Assembly: GCA_043800255.1 (NCBI GenBank)
Contig: JAZDNF010000015.1
Location: 1-42,076 of the forward strand
Reading direction: 5' to 3'
DNA from: Candidatus Altiarchaeota archaeon
GTDB lineage: Archaea > Altiarchaeota > Altiarchaeia > IMC4 > SCGC-AAA252-I15
DNA: 42,076 nt
In this document: piece by piece, positions 23,479 through 33,552 of the stretch
Position numbering within the stretch: position 1 is the stretch's first letter
Layout of the letters: each line of letters starts with the position of its first letter
Notes under the pieces: model-generated
Databases searched by the model: none
What the model was told of the DNA's origin: nothing
The model's input: the letters and a program-made list of their open reading frames with translations, nothing else
Made by a program: the position numbers and the translations under genes

Positions 23479-24980
23479 ATCCTGATCCTTCTGATGTCAG
23501 CCCCCATGGAGACTTTCCTGATTATCTCCTCGGTTTTCTTCCTCGCGTCCACGATGTTGGACGTCTGCCTGACTGCGAAGCTCCTGTGCCCGGCAAGCTT
23601 TTTCAGAAGCGATGAGGCCGTCCTCCTAACCTGCGGAGGAGATGTGCCGCCCAGACTCCTGTGCGAATTTACGGCATACTCCGGACTCAGAACCTTATTG
23701 AGAACCTTAGCGTCGATGCTTATCCCATGCTCTTTCAGTAGTCTGCTGACCGTATCAGTGTCCTCGAAGCTCTTCCTCTTGGTTGAAAGGCTCTTGACGA
23801 TTGAGCCGACAATCCTGTGCGAGTCCCTGAAGGCTATGCCCTCCTTTAACACCAGATAATCTGCCAGCTCTGTTGCGGTGGAAAAGCCCTCCCCCGCCGA
23901 CTTTGCCATCGCCTTCCTGTTCACTTTTACCGTTGAGAGCATGCCGTTCATGACTTCGATGGATGAGTCCACAGTCCTGAACGATTCGAACAGCAGCGGC
24001 TTGTCCTCCTGCAGGTCCCTGCTGTAGCCTGATGGCAGGCCCTTCATGGTCGTGAGCAGGCTGAGCAGGACTCCGTAGACTTTTGACGTTCTGCCTCTAA
24101 GAAGTTCAGCCACGTCCGGATTCTTCTTCTGCGGCATAATCGAGCTCCCAGTCGTGTAACTGTCATCCAGTTCGATGAGGCTGAACTCCTGCGTGCTCCA
24201 GAGTATTATGTCCTCAGCCAGCTTCGAGAGCGTTGACATCAGTATCGCAAGGCATGACATGACTTCGAGTATGAAGTCTCTTGAGCCGACGGCGTCCAGT
24301 GCGTTCTCCGCAATCCCGCCAAATCCTAGGAGCTTTGTGGTAACTTTCCTGTCTATTGGATATGATGTCCCGGCGAGCGCGCAGGCCCCAAGCGGGTTCA
24401 GGTTAACGCGCCCGAACGCGTCCTCCATCCTCGCGAGGTCCCGATCCAGTGCGCTCGCATATGATGCCGCCCAGAAGCCCAGCGTTATCGGCTGCGCATG
24501 CTGCCCGTGCGTGTACCCTGGCATCACAGTCTCCGAGTGCTTTTCCGCCATCCTGATCAGCGTTTCCTCAAGCTCTATCGCCTTTTTTGTCACCTGCAGG
24601 AGCTTCTTCCGCGTCACAAGCCTCGTGTCTACCAGAACCTGGTCGTTTCTCGACCTTGCCGTGTGAAGCTTGCCGCCGACTTCAGCACCCTCCTCCTCTA
24701 TGAGGTATGATTCGACGTTCATGTGCACGTCTTCCAGTTCCCTCTTGAGCTTGAACCTGCCTCCTTTGAAGTTTCTTCTGACCTTCTCCAGCGCCTTCAC
24801 TATCTTCTTCAGGCTTCTGCCGTCGATTATGCCCTGTTTGGCCAGCATTATCGCATGCGCCTGCGACCCCCAGATGTCCTCAAGTATCATGATGCTGTCA
24901 ACCTTGACCGATTCAGTGTACTCTAAAGCCTTCCTGTCCAGGTCCTTCTTGAACCTTCCCCCCCACAGCTTTCCTTTCAT
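23475..24980 (-). CDS. argH: Argininosuccinate lyase
   Basis: LWGGRF, EDVHMNVE, HTARSRNDQV, TGSSIMPQKKNPD, ATELADYL. Confidence 0.97.
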   Translation of the reverse strand: MKGKLWGGRFKKDLDRKALEYTESVKVDSIMILEDIWGSQAHAIMLAKQGIIDGRSLKKIVKALEKVRRNFKGGRFKLKRELEDVHMNVESYLIEEEGAEVGGKLHTARSRNDQVLVDTRLVTRKKLLQVTKKAIELEETLIRMAEKHSETVMPGYTHGQHAQPITLGFWAASYASALDRDLARMEDAFGRVNLNPLGACALAGTSYPIDRKVTTKLLGFGGIAENALDAVGSRDFILEVMSCLAILMSTLSKLAEDIILWSTQEFSLIELDDSYTTGSSIMPQKKNPDVAELLRGRTSKVYGVLLSLLTTMKGLPSGYSRDLQEDKPLLFESFRTVDSSIEVMNGMLSTVKVNRKAMAKSAGEGFSTATELADYLVLKEGIAFRDSHRIVGSIVKSLSTKRKSFEDTDTVSRLLKEHGISIDAKVLNKVLSPEYAVNSHRSLGGTSPPQVRRTASSLLKKLAGHRSFAVRQTSNIVDARKKTEEIIRKVSMGADIRRIRI

Positions 24981-24986
24981 GTTTTA

Positions 24987-25391
24987 CTAATCTCCCCCAC
25001 GCTTATTAAATTTGCCTGATTTTTCAGCCTCCTTGGCTTTCCTGTAATGTACCATGACCTCGTCCGCCGTCTGCGCCTTCTCCTTCCCGAACACGTGCGG
25101 ATGGCGTCTGATTATCTTCTCCCTGAGTTCGCGCATGACATCGTATACGTCGAACATCCCCTCCTCTTTTGCGATCTGCGAGATGAAGAGTATGTTCCAG
25201 AGGATGTCCCCTAACTCTTCTTTCAGGTTTTCGAAGTCCTTGTTCTCTAGCGCCTGGACCGCCTCCTCAGCCTCCTCGGCAAGGTGCTTTTTGAAGGAGT
25301 CGAGGTTCTGCTCCCGGTCCCATGCGCAGCCTTCCGGCGAGCGCATGTGCTCCATCAGCTTCACGAGCGAGTTGAAGTCTTCCTCAGTCAT
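24987..25391 (-). CDS. MazG nucleotide pyrophosphohydrolase, single domain
   Basis: GCAWDREQ, EEAEE, EELGDIL, KIIRRHPHVFG. Confidence 0.92.
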   Translation of the reverse strand: MTEEDFNSLVKLMEHMRSPEGCAWDREQNLDSFKKHLAEEAEEAVQALENKDFENLKEELGDILWNILFISQIAKEEGMFDVYDVMRELREKIIRRHPHVFGKEKAQTADEVMVHYRKAKEAEKSGKFNKRGGD

Positions 25392-25912
25392 CTGAAACTC
25401 TCCGCTCTTACGATATCCTTGAGATTTCTCCTGGGCGTACTGTGAGGCTCCTCGTCAGGATACCCGATTGGAAGTATGGCCACTGGCATTAGATCTGCGG
25501 GGGCGTCCACAGCCTTCCTGACTTCGCTGTCGTCGAACGCTCCGACCCAGGCGCTTCCCAAGCCGAGGGCCGTAGCCGCCAGGTGGGCGATGGTGACAGC
25601 TATGGTGGCGTCCTGTATCGAGTATAATCTTTCGCCGCGTTTTCCGTACCTGCCTGCAGATTTCCCGGGGTTGGCGAGGAAGACTAGATCTACTGGTGCT
25701 TCTGATATGAACGTCTGACCGTGGGCTGCCTCCGCCAGCCTGTCCCTCCCTGCTTTGCTTTTTACGAGGACTATCTCATACGCTTGGAGGTTGCCTGCGG
25801 TTGGCGCGCTTCGTATGGCTTCAAGTATCCTGTCCAGCTTGTCGTCTTCGACTTCCCTGTCCTTGTAGGCTCTGATGGAGTGCCTCTCGCTCAGGGCTTT
25901 GAAAAAATCCAT
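25388..25912 (-). CDS. Nitroreductase family protein
   Basis: RHSIRAY, APTAGNLQ, LGLGSAWVGAF, LPIGYP. Confidence 0.93.
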   Translation of the reverse strand: MDFFKALSERHSIRAYKDREVEDDKLDRILEAIRSAPTAGNLQAYEIVLVKSKAGRDRLAEAAHGQTFISEAPVDLVFLANPGKSAGRYGKRGERLYSIQDATIAVTIAHLAATALGLGSAWVGAFDDSEVRKAVDAPADLMPVAILPIGYPDEEPHSTPRRNLKDIVRAESFR

Positions 25913-25998
25913 TGGAAAGTATATTATGTTCTACCCTATGAAAAGCTTTACGTCCGCCCCCCTTTTTATTCACTGCTGGTAATATATAAGAAGGTTTG

Positions 25999-27075
25999 AT
26001 GGTGAAGGGTGTTCTAGTACTAAAAGACGGAACAATCGTCGAGGGTACCGGGTTCGGGGCCGAAGGTGAGGTTAAGGGCGAGGTAGTCTTTAACACTTCC
26101 ATGGCCGGCTACCAGGAATCGCTGACCGACCCATCCTACAGGTACCAGATTCTGATGCCGACATATCCTTTGATAGGCAACTATGGCATAAACGATGAGG
26201 ACTTCGAGTCTGACCGGGTTCAGGTCGAAGGATATATCGTAGGCGAGTACTGTGAGAAGCCCAGCCACTACAAGCAGAAAAAGACTGTCAACGAGTTCCT
26301 GAAGGATTACGGCGTTCCCGGCCTCTACGGCGTAGACACGAGGTTCCTCACGAGGAAGATTAGGACGTACGGTGTGATAGAGGGCATACTCAAGTGGCCT
26401 GTGAGGGACAGCGAGAAGCCCTCCCTTGTCAGAAAGGCAGAGAAGCTGAAGAGCATCTCAGAGTACGATCTCATAAAGAAGGTAACCTGCAGGGACGTTG
26501 TTGAAGAGGGCAAAGGCAAGAGGGTTGTCCTCATAGATTGCGGGGCGAAGAGGAGCATAATCCGGAAGCTGTTGGAGCGGGGCCTGCAGGTCGTCCGCGT
26601 TCCGGCGACAATGTCATCTGATGACATTCTCAAGCTGAAACCTGCCGGTGTTGTTCTGTCGAACGGCCCGGGAGACCCTGAGAGAGCGGACTATGTCATA
26701 AAGACCGTGAGAGCGCTTGCCGACAAGAATCTACCGCTGTTTGGAATATGCCTTGGGATACAGATGATAGCGCTGGCGTTCGGCGGGAAAACATTCAAGC
26801 TGAAGTTCGGCCATAGGGGGATGAACCAGCCTGTCAAGGATCTTGATACGGGAAGCGTATACATCACGAGCCAGAATCACGGTTTCGCAGTCGACGCCGG
26901 CAGCATAGAGGGCACAGGATTGCGCGTGTCGCACATCAACCTGAACGACAACACTGTAGAAGGCCTGAGGCACAAGACCCTCCCCGTCCTTGGAGTCCAG
27001 TACCATCCTGAGGCCAGCAGCGGGCCATGGGACAACTACTACCTCTTTGATGAGTTCATGAGGATGATTAAATGA
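25999..27075 (+). CDS. carA: Carbamoyl-phosphate synthase small subunit
   Basis: GEVVFNT, YQESLTDPSY, SNGPGDP, GICLG, QYHPE. Confidence 0.97.
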   Translation: MVKGVLVLKDGTIVEGTGFGAEGEVKGEVVFNTSMAGYQESLTDPSYRYQILMPTYPLIGNYGINDEDFESDRVQVEGYIVGEYCEKPSHYKQKKTVNEFLKDYGVPGLYGVDTRFLTRKIRTYGVIEGILKWPVRDSEKPSLVRKAEKLKSISEYDLIKKVTCRDVVEEGKGKRVVLIDCGAKRSIIRKLLERGLQVVRVPATMSSDDILKLKPAGVVLSNGPGDPERADYVIKTVRALADKNLPLFGICLGIQMIALAFGGKTFKLKFGHRGMNQPVKDLDTGSVYITSQNHGFAVDAGSIEGTGLRVSHINLNDNTVEGLRHKTLPVLGVQYHPEASSGPWDNYYLFDEFMRMIK

Positions 27076-30000
27076 CCTGTCTGAAGAAGGTTCTCGTGAT
27101 TGGCTCAGGCCCGATAAGGATAGGTCAGGCTGCGGAGTTCGACTACTCCGGCAGCCAGGCGTGCCTATCGCTGAGGGAGGAGGGGATTAAGACGGTTCTG
27201 GTGAACAGCAACCCTGCCACCATCCAGACCGACTTCGACGTTTCTGACATCGTCTACCTAGAGCCTCTCAACGTGGAGTCTCTTGAGCGGATAATAGACA
27301 AGGAAAGACCGGACGCGATACTGCCCACAATGGGCGGGCAGACTGGATTGAACCTGGCGACCCAGCTGCACGATGCCGGCATACTCAAAAAGTACGATGT
27401 CAAGGTCATAGGCACGAAAATAGACGCGATAAAGGAGGGTGAAGGCAGGGAGGAATTCGCCGAACTTATGAGGCGCATCAAGCAGCCCATCCCAAACTCG
27501 AAGTCAGTGAAAAGCCTTGACGACGCACTCGCAATCGTCAGCAAGATGGGATATCCTGTAATAATCAGGCCAGGTTACACCTTAGGCGGCACAGGCGGGG
27601 GCATAGCCTACAACGAGCAGCAGTTCATCGACGTAACCAAGAGAGGCCTGTCCAAAAGCTTCAACCATGAAGTCCTCATAGAAGAGTACGTCGGAGGGTG
27701 GAAGGAGATAGAATACGAGGTCATGAGGGACTCGAAGGACAATTGCATAACCATCTGCAACATGGAGAACTTCGACCCTATGGGAATCCACACCGGGGAG
27801 AGCATCGTCGCCGCCCCGAGCCAGACTCTTACGGACCATGAGTACCAGATGCTGAGGGATGCGTCTATCAAAATCATAAGGGCGTTGAGGATTGAGGGGG
27901 GCTGCAACATACAGTTCGCATTAGACCCGAACAGCGAAGACTACAAGGTGATAGAAGTCAACCCCCGGCTTTCAAGGTCGTCGGCGCTGGCTTCGAAGGC
28001 GACAGGGTATCCGATCGCGAGGGTCGCTGCCAAGATTGCGGTAGGCTACAGCCTCGACCAGATACGGAATGAGGTGACCAAGACGACTCCAGCATCATTC
28101 GAGCCTGCGTTGGACTATATTGTCGTGAAAATCCCGCGGTGGCCTTTCGACAAGTTCAAGGGCCTGGGCAGGGTAATAGGGACTGAGATGCGTTCCACAG
28201 GCGAGGTGATGGCGATAGGCAGGAACTTCGAGGAGGCGCTGCAGAAGGCCATCCGGTCATTGGACATCGGCAGGAGCGGGATATGCGACAACAGGAAGGA
28301 GATCACAGACAGGATGACGCTTATGGCGCTCCTCAAAAACCCGACCGACCTCAGGATATTCCACATATATGACGCCCTCAAGAACGGCTTCTCTGTCGAG
28401 GAGGTTCACAGCCTGACGCAGGTGGATAGGTTCTTCCTGGAGAAGATTATGAACATACTGCGGATGGAAGCCAGGCTAAGGAGTGAAGCCCTGTCCGGGA
28501 ACCTCCTGCTTGATGCCAAGAGGATCGGCTTCTCTGACCGGCAGATAGCATTCCTAAGAGGCTTGCAGGAGGCTGAGATAAGGAAGGCAAGGCAGAAGGA
28601 GAGAATAAAGCCTGTCTTCAAGCTGGTTGATACCTGCGCTGCAGAGTTCGAGGCTAAGACTCCTTACTATTACTCAACTTATGGCATCGAATGCGAGGCC
28701 AATCCCTCAACAAAAAAGAAGGTTATCATACTCGGTTCCGGGCCGATAAGAATCGGGCAGGGCATAGAATTCGACTACTGCACAGTCCATGCCGTGTCGT
28801 CAGCGAGGGAGGAGGGTTTTGAAACGATAATAATAAACAACAACCCTGAGACCGTGTCGACCGACTTCGACACGTCAGACAAACTATACTTTGAGCCGAT
28901 AACCGTGGAAGACGTTCTGAACATAGTCCAAAAGGAGGAGAAGGGTCTGGCGGGCGTCATCGTCCAGTTCGGAGGCCAGACTGCAATCAACATATCCAGC
29001 GAACTGGCTGAAAACGGCGTTCAAATATTGGGCACATCGACCGACAACATAGACCGGACAGAGGACAGGGGCCGCTTTGGCAAGGCGCTGGAAAAGCTCG
29101 GCATAGACTCCCCGAAATGGGACACCGCCTACACCTTCCAGGAGGCGATAGAGCGGGCGAGGAACATAGGATATCCTCTCCTCCTCAGGCCCAGTTACGT
29201 CCTGGGCGGGCAGTCGATGAAGATAGTCTACAGCGAGGACGAGCTTCGCGAGTTCGTGGACGATGCCATGGCAGCATCCCCGAAGCAGCAGATACTTTTG
29301 GACAAGTTCCTGGAGGATGCTGTTGAAGTTGACGTTGACGCGGTCTCGGACGGCGTTGACACCTACATCGGCGGTATAATGGAGCACATCGAGGCTGCTG
29401 GCATCCACAGCGGAGACTCGGCCTGCGCAATACCCCCTCAAACCCTGTCAGCCGAAGTTATTGGCAAGATAGTGGACTGCACTCTCGCGATGGCGAAGGA
29501 GTTCAAGGTGAAGGGCCTTATCAACATGCAATACGCCGTCAAGGACGGGAAAGTATATGTGCTGGAAGCCAACCCTCGTGCGTCAAGGACTGTTCCCTTC
29601 GTCTCCAAGGCCACGGGCGTACAGCTTGCAAAGGTGGCTGCCAAGGTGATGCTGGGCAGGAAACTCAAGGACATTATACATGATTTCGAGCAGTACAAGA
29701 AGATAAAGCATGTTGCCATCAAGGAGGTTCTCCTGCCGTTCGACAAGCTCAGGGTTGACCCACTGTTGGGGCCTGAGATGCACTCCACCGGGGAAACAAT
29801 GGGCATCGACAAGACTTTCGGAGTGGCCTTCTACAAGGCGATGAGCGGGGCAGAGATGGAGCTTCCTGTCACAGGAAGAGTGTTCATCTCGGTTGCCGAT
29901 GTTGACAAGGATGCTATCGTAAAAATCGCGAAAGACATCTCCAACTTAGGGTTTCAGATAGTCTCAACGTCCGGGACCTATAATAAGCTCGTCGGCTCTG

Positions 30001-30266
30001 GGATACAATGTGAGAGAGTGCCTAAGGTCAGCGAAGGCTCCCCCAACATACTGGATGAAATAATGGCAAGGAAGATAGCTCTCATAATAAACACCCAAAG
30101 CCGGGAGAAGGTTGCCAGGGAGGATGGGAGGCAGATCAGGATGAATGCAGTCTCATTCTCTGTGCCTTACATCACGACTCTGACTGGGGCGAGGGCCGCA
30201 GTCCAGGCAATAAAGGCTATAAAATCGGAGAAGATTACCACGAAATCGTTGAACGATTACTTCTGA
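27072..30266 (+). CDS. carB: Carbamoyl-phosphate synthase large subunit
   Basis: GSGPIRIGQAAEFDYSG, duplicated ATP-grasp domains, C-terminal MGS domain. Confidence 0.98.
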   Translation: MTCLKKVLVIGSGPIRIGQAAEFDYSGSQACLSLREEGIKTVLVNSNPATIQTDFDVSDIVYLEPLNVESLERIIDKERPDAILPTMGGQTGLNLATQLHDAGILKKYDVKVIGTKIDAIKEGEGREEFAELMRRIKQPIPNSKSVKSLDDALAIVSKMGYPVIIRPGYTLGGTGGGIAYNEQQFIDVTKRGLSKSFNHEVLIEEYVGGWKEIEYEVMRDSKDNCITICNMENFDPMGIHTGESIVAAPSQTLTDHEYQMLRDASIKIIRALRIEGGCNIQFALDPNSEDYKVIEVNPRLSRSSALASKATGYPIARVAAKIAVGYSLDQIRNEVTKTTPASFEPALDYIVVKIPRWPFDKFKGLGRVIGTEMRSTGEVMAIGRNFEEALQKAIRSLDIGRSGICDNRKEITDRMTLMALLKNPTDLRIFHIYDALKNGFSVEEVHSLTQVDRFFLEKIMNILRMEARLRSEALSGNLLLDAKRIGFSDRQIAFLRGLQEAEIRKARQKERIKPVFKLVDTCAAEFEAKTPYYYSTYGIECEANPSTKKKVIILGSGPIRIGQGIEFDYCTVHAVSSAREEGFETIIINNNPETVSTDFDTSDKLYFEPITVEDVLNIVQKEEKGLAGVIVQFGGQTAINISSELAENGVQILGTSTDNIDRTEDRGRFGKALEKLGIDSPKWDTAYTFQEAIERARNIGYPLLLRPSYVLGGQSMKIVYSEDELREFVDDAMAASPKQQILLDKFLEDAVEVDVDAVSDGVDTYIGGIMEHIEAAGIHSGDSACAIPPQTLSAEVIGKIVDCTLAMAKEFKVKGLINMQYAVKDGKVYVLEANPRASRTVPFVSKATGVQLAKVAAKVMLGRKLKDIIHDFEQYKKIKHVAIKEVLLPFDKLRVDPLLGPEMHSTGETMGIDKTFGVAFYKAMSGAEMELPVTGRVFISVADVDKDAIVKIAKDISNLGFQIVSTSGTYNKLVGSGIQCERVPKVSEGSPNILDEIMARKIALIINTQSREKVAREDGRQIRMNAVSFSVPYITTLTGARAAVQAIKAIKSEKITTKSLNDYF

Positions 30267-31129
30267 CCTAAGAGCTTCAGGAGTATCGCATTCTGCATGT
30301 GCATCCTGTTCTCAGCCTGGTCGAATACTACGGAATTCCTGCTGTCCATCACATCGTCCGTTATCTCCTGCCCGCGGTGGGCTGGTAGGCAGTGCATCAC
30401 GATGCAGTCCTTTCTGGCGTTGGACAGCAGTTCGCTGTTGATCTGGTACTTTTCGAGGTCCTTTATCCTCTTCTCCTCCTCCTTCTCGTCTCCCATGCTC
30501 ACCCAAACGTCCGTGTAAATGACATCAGCCCCGCTGACGGCCTTCTTGGGGTCGTATTCTATCCTCGGTTTTCCGAGCTGGGGTTCGTATCCTTTCGGGC
30601 ATGATACCGTAAAGTCAAGATTCAGCGTATCGGCCAGGAGCGCCAGCGAGTTCGCGACATTGTTGCCGTCTCCGACGTAGACTATCCTCCCGCCCAGCTT
30701 GTTCTTCTCTTTCATGGTGAACGCGTCTCCCAGTGCCTGGCAGGGGTGCTCTTTGTCTGAGAGGCCGTTGACTATTGGTACCTTAGCATACTTTGCGAAC
30801 ATCAGCAGGCTCTCGTGCTTGTAGACTCTGGCGACGAGGCAGTCTATGTACCTTGAGAGGGTCTTTGCGGTGTCCTCCAGCGTCTCTCCCCGCGATATCT
30901 GTGATACTTTAGGGTCGAAGTATATGGCATGCCCTCCCAGTCTTGTGATGCCGGCTTCGAAGCTGACTCTCGTCCTGGTTGACGGCTTCTCGAACAGCAT
31001 CAGGATTGTTTTGTTCTTGAGGCTGTCAGAATACTTTTTTTGGTTTTCCTTCAGTTTTTTGCACTCTACTATGAGCTCTCCCACTTCCTTCTTGCCGAAG
31101 TCCTTAACCGATATGAGGTGCTTTACCAT
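30257..31129 (-). CDS. argF: Ornithine carbamoyltransferase
   Basis: FEKPSTRTRVSF, HPCQ, DVWVSMG, MHCLP, QAENR. Confidence 0.97.
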   Translation of the reverse strand: MVKHLISVKDFGKKEVGELIVECKKLKENQKKYSDSLKNKTILMLFEKPSTRTRVSFEAGITRLGGHAIYFDPKVSQISRGETLEDTAKTLSRYIDCLVARVYKHESLLMFAKYAKVPIVNGLSDKEHPCQALGDAFTMKEKNKLGGRIVYVGDGNNVANSLALLADTLNLDFTVSCPKGYEPQLGKPRIEYDPKKAVSGADVIYTDVWVSMGDEKEEEKRIKDLEKYQINSELLSNARKDCIVMHCLPAHRGQEITDDVMDSRNSVVFDQAENRMHMQNAILLKLLGQK

Positions 31130-31165
31130 GGCCTAATATATTCTGTTTTATAAGGATTAAATAAC

Positions 31166-31774
31166 ATGTACGTCAATTCTTGGGTCAAGAGGCTTTTCGA
31201 CTTTTCAGTCAGCCTTCTGCTGTTGCCTTTCACGGTCCCGCTCCTGCTGGCGCTCTCTTTTGTCGTCCTTATCACAAGCGGCTGGCCTGTCATCTTCGCC
31301 CAGGAGAGAATCGGGCTGGGCGGCAGACCGTTCAGAATCTACAAGCTCAGGACCATGCGCAGAGGTGCTGAAGAAAGTTTTTCCGACATTTACCCACCTA
31401 CGGAGCATGACTCCCCATTTAGGAAGGATAAGCTTGACCCGCGTGTAACCTCATTCGGCCGTTTTCTGAGGTATTCTTACCTTGACGAGCTGCCTCAGAT
31501 CTTCAACGTCCTTGGCGGGAGCATGTCATTGGTCGGCCCCAGGCCTCACATTCCTGAGGACGTCTCATGCTATAGTGATTACAACCGGAAGCGGCTTTCC
31601 ATGAAACCCGGGCTCACCTCAAGCTGGTATGTCGTCCCCCACGATAAGACACTAGACGTCTGGACGAAGCTTGACATGGATTACCGGGAAAATGCATCAT
31701 TGTCGTTGGACGTTTCGATAATCCTTAGAACGCTGGCAATTCTGGCGTCAAGGACGCTTCGTTATCTGCTCTGA
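31166..31774 (+). CDS. Bacterial-type sugar transferase (small monotopic phosphoglycosyl transferase, PglC/WbaP-like)
   Basis: KRLFD, F.IYKLRTM, DPRVT.FGRFLR..LDELPQ.FNVL.G.MSLVGPRP, KPGLT. Confidence 0.92.
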   Translation: MYVNSWVKRLFDFSVSLLLLPFTVPLLLALSFVVLITSGWPVIFAQERIGLGGRPFRIYKLRTMRRGAEESFSDIYPPTEHDSPFRKDKLDPRVTSFGRFLRYSYLDELPQIFNVLGGSMSLVGPRPHIPEDVSCYSDYNRKRLSMKPGLTSSWYVVPHDKTLDVWTKLDMDYRENASLSLDVSIILRTLAILASRTLRYLL

Positions 31775-32532
31775 AGTCCGTGCTTTCTGGAGTAACACAG
31801 CATGCTCTTTAAGTGGTAGAACCACAATCTGCTGAATGGTGTGGCGCTTCCTCTCCTGTGGTGGTGGGCTATCTCAGCCTCGCCGTAGAACGTGACCTTC
31901 CATCCGGCGTCTTTCATCCGCCTGCAGAGGTCGACGTCCTCAAAGTATAGGAAAAACTGTTCGTCAAACAGTCCAACCTCCTCCAGGGCATTCCTTCTTA
32001 TCATCAGACAGCTGCCCTGCAGCCAGTCCGCCTCAAATACGCTGTTATGATCGTAGTCCATCATCAGATGCTTTCTGACTGTTCTGGAGTTTGGGAATAG
32101 TCTACTGAGTGGGGTCCTCCTCAATAGAATAATCGGAACCGTATAAAACGTCCTCGCAGAGTATTGGAGCCTGCCTTCGGGACTTGTCTGCTTTGGGCCG
32201 CACACGCCGCATTTTCCATTATCGTCCATGAACTCCACCATCCGGTCCACGGAGTTCCCGATTATTCTTGTGTCTGGGTTCAGAACCAGGACGTACTCTG
32301 ACGTTGTCAGCCGGATGCCCTGATTCAGCGACCTTGCCAAGCCCAGGTTATGCTCGTTTTCAATCAACTTAACCCTTTCATAATCCCTCACAGTCTCTTT
32401 CAGCGTATGCTGGCTGCTGTTGTCTATTACAACAGTCTCAAAGTCAGTTCTCGTATTTTTGTAGATGGAGTCGAGGCATTCTTTTATGAACCTCTCTCCG
32501 CCCTTGTTGACTATGATGGCTGACAGTTTCAT
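31762..32532 (-). CDS. Glycosyltransferase family 2 (WbbL/rhamnosyltransferase-like)
   Basis: VIDNSS, N.GLA..NQG, LNPDT, GSCLMIRR, FDE.FFLYFEDVDLC.R. Confidence 0.92.
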   Translation of the reverse strand: MKLSAIIVNKGGERFIKECLDSIYKNTRTDFETVVIDNSSQHTLKETVRDYERVKLIENEHNLGLARSLNQGIRLTTSEYVLVLNPDTRIIGNSVDRMVEFMDDNGKCGVCGPKQTSPEGRLQYSARTFYTVPIILLRRTPLSRLFPNSRTVRKHLMMDYDHNSVFEADWLQGSCLMIRRNALEEVGLFDEQFFLYFEDVDLCRRMKDAGWKVTFYGEAEIAHHHRRGSATPFSRLWFYHLKSMLCYSRKHGLQSR

Positions 32533-32538
32533 CTTATC

Positions 32539-33552
32539 CTACCTTCCCAACGTGCCTATCACTCTGCCGGCTCTTGAGAATATTCTTGGGCTTAGGATGT
32601 CGCCTATTCTCAAACGCTTATATGTTGTGCTGTCGGCCGGGGATCTGACGACTTTAAGCCTGTTTTTCAAGTCTACTCTATAGTCCAATCTTCCTGACAT
32701 CCACTTGCTGCAGTCCCTGCAGGCTGGGAGCTCATCGAACCTGCCGGCCTCGTGCAGTCTCCTGACATTCGGGTAATCCTTTCCAGACCATATCTCGCGT
32801 ATTGAATCTTGGTTCACGTTTCCCAGCGGCATCAGGCCTCTGAAGTCATGGCAGCAGCCTGCCCACCCCTCCCAGGAGATCCCCATGTTCTGATAGAGGA
32901 GGTGGCATGGCCTTCTTTTTTGACTCTTCCTTTCAACTCCCAAAACTTTGTTGTCCGGCAGCGTGTAGTCGCAGAATTTTATATGGTCTACTCTGTCAAT
33001 CCAGTCGCCGAATATCCTCTTCCTGTTATTTACGGCTTCCGGTAGCGCCACAACGTTAATCCCAATGTTCGGCTTCTTATATCCCAGTTCTGACTTCAGC
33101 CTCAGGAGTTTGTCGATGTTTCGGCTGACTCTGTCGTAGTCTCCACATCTCCTTATCCTGTTGTAGGAGTCCCTGTCGAAGCCGTCCAAGCTTACTACCA
33201 TCTCATCCAGACCGAGTTCGAGAATCGTCCTGGAGGTTGCGTCATCCAATAGTAGGCCGTTTGTCACGAACCTGATTCTCAGCTTTTCGTTGCCTTTGTT
33301 TTTAGCATAATCTAATATTCTCAGGTATTCTGGGTGCATTAGCGGCTCCCCAGCCCCGCTGGCAATCAAAATGATTTCGTCCTTTGCGAGCGCAAGCTCG
33401 TCTATTACCCTCATCCAGAGTCCTTCTCGCATGTAACCTATCGGACGTTTATGGTCCGAGTCCGGGCCATGCCAGAGGCACATCAGACACTTGAGATTGC
33501 AGTCGTTCGTGACCTCGAGGTTCACGTACTCTGGAAATTCTCTCACTCTCAT
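32539..33552 (-). CDS. Radical SAM protein with SPASM/twitch domain
   Basis: CNLKCLMC, GEPLMHP, TNGLLL, SLDG; C-terminal C...GCC.D...GN...W...C..C. Confidence 0.92.
   Translation of the reverse strand: MRVREFPEYVNLEVTNDCNLKCLMCLWHGPDSDHKRPIGYMREGLWMRVIDELALAKDEIILIASGAGEPLMHPEYLRILDYAKNKGNEKLRIRFVTNGLLLDDATSRTILELGLDEMVVSLDGFDRDSYNRIRRCGDYDRVSRNIDKLLRLKSELGYKKPNIGINVVALPEAVNNRKRIFGDWIDRVDHIKFCDYTLPDNKVLGVERKSQKRRPCHLLYQNMGISWEGWAGCCHDFRGLMPLGNVNQDSIREIWSGKDYPNVRRLHEAGRFDELPACRDCSKWMSGRLDYRVDLKNRLKVVRSPADSTTYKRLRIGDILSPRIFSRAGRVIGTLGR

Noticed and set aside
22462-31129. Novel system in the trpD-argH-mazG-nitroreductase-carAB-argF block
   Set aside because: Ordinary intact metabolic genes; MazG has no toxin or defence context here.
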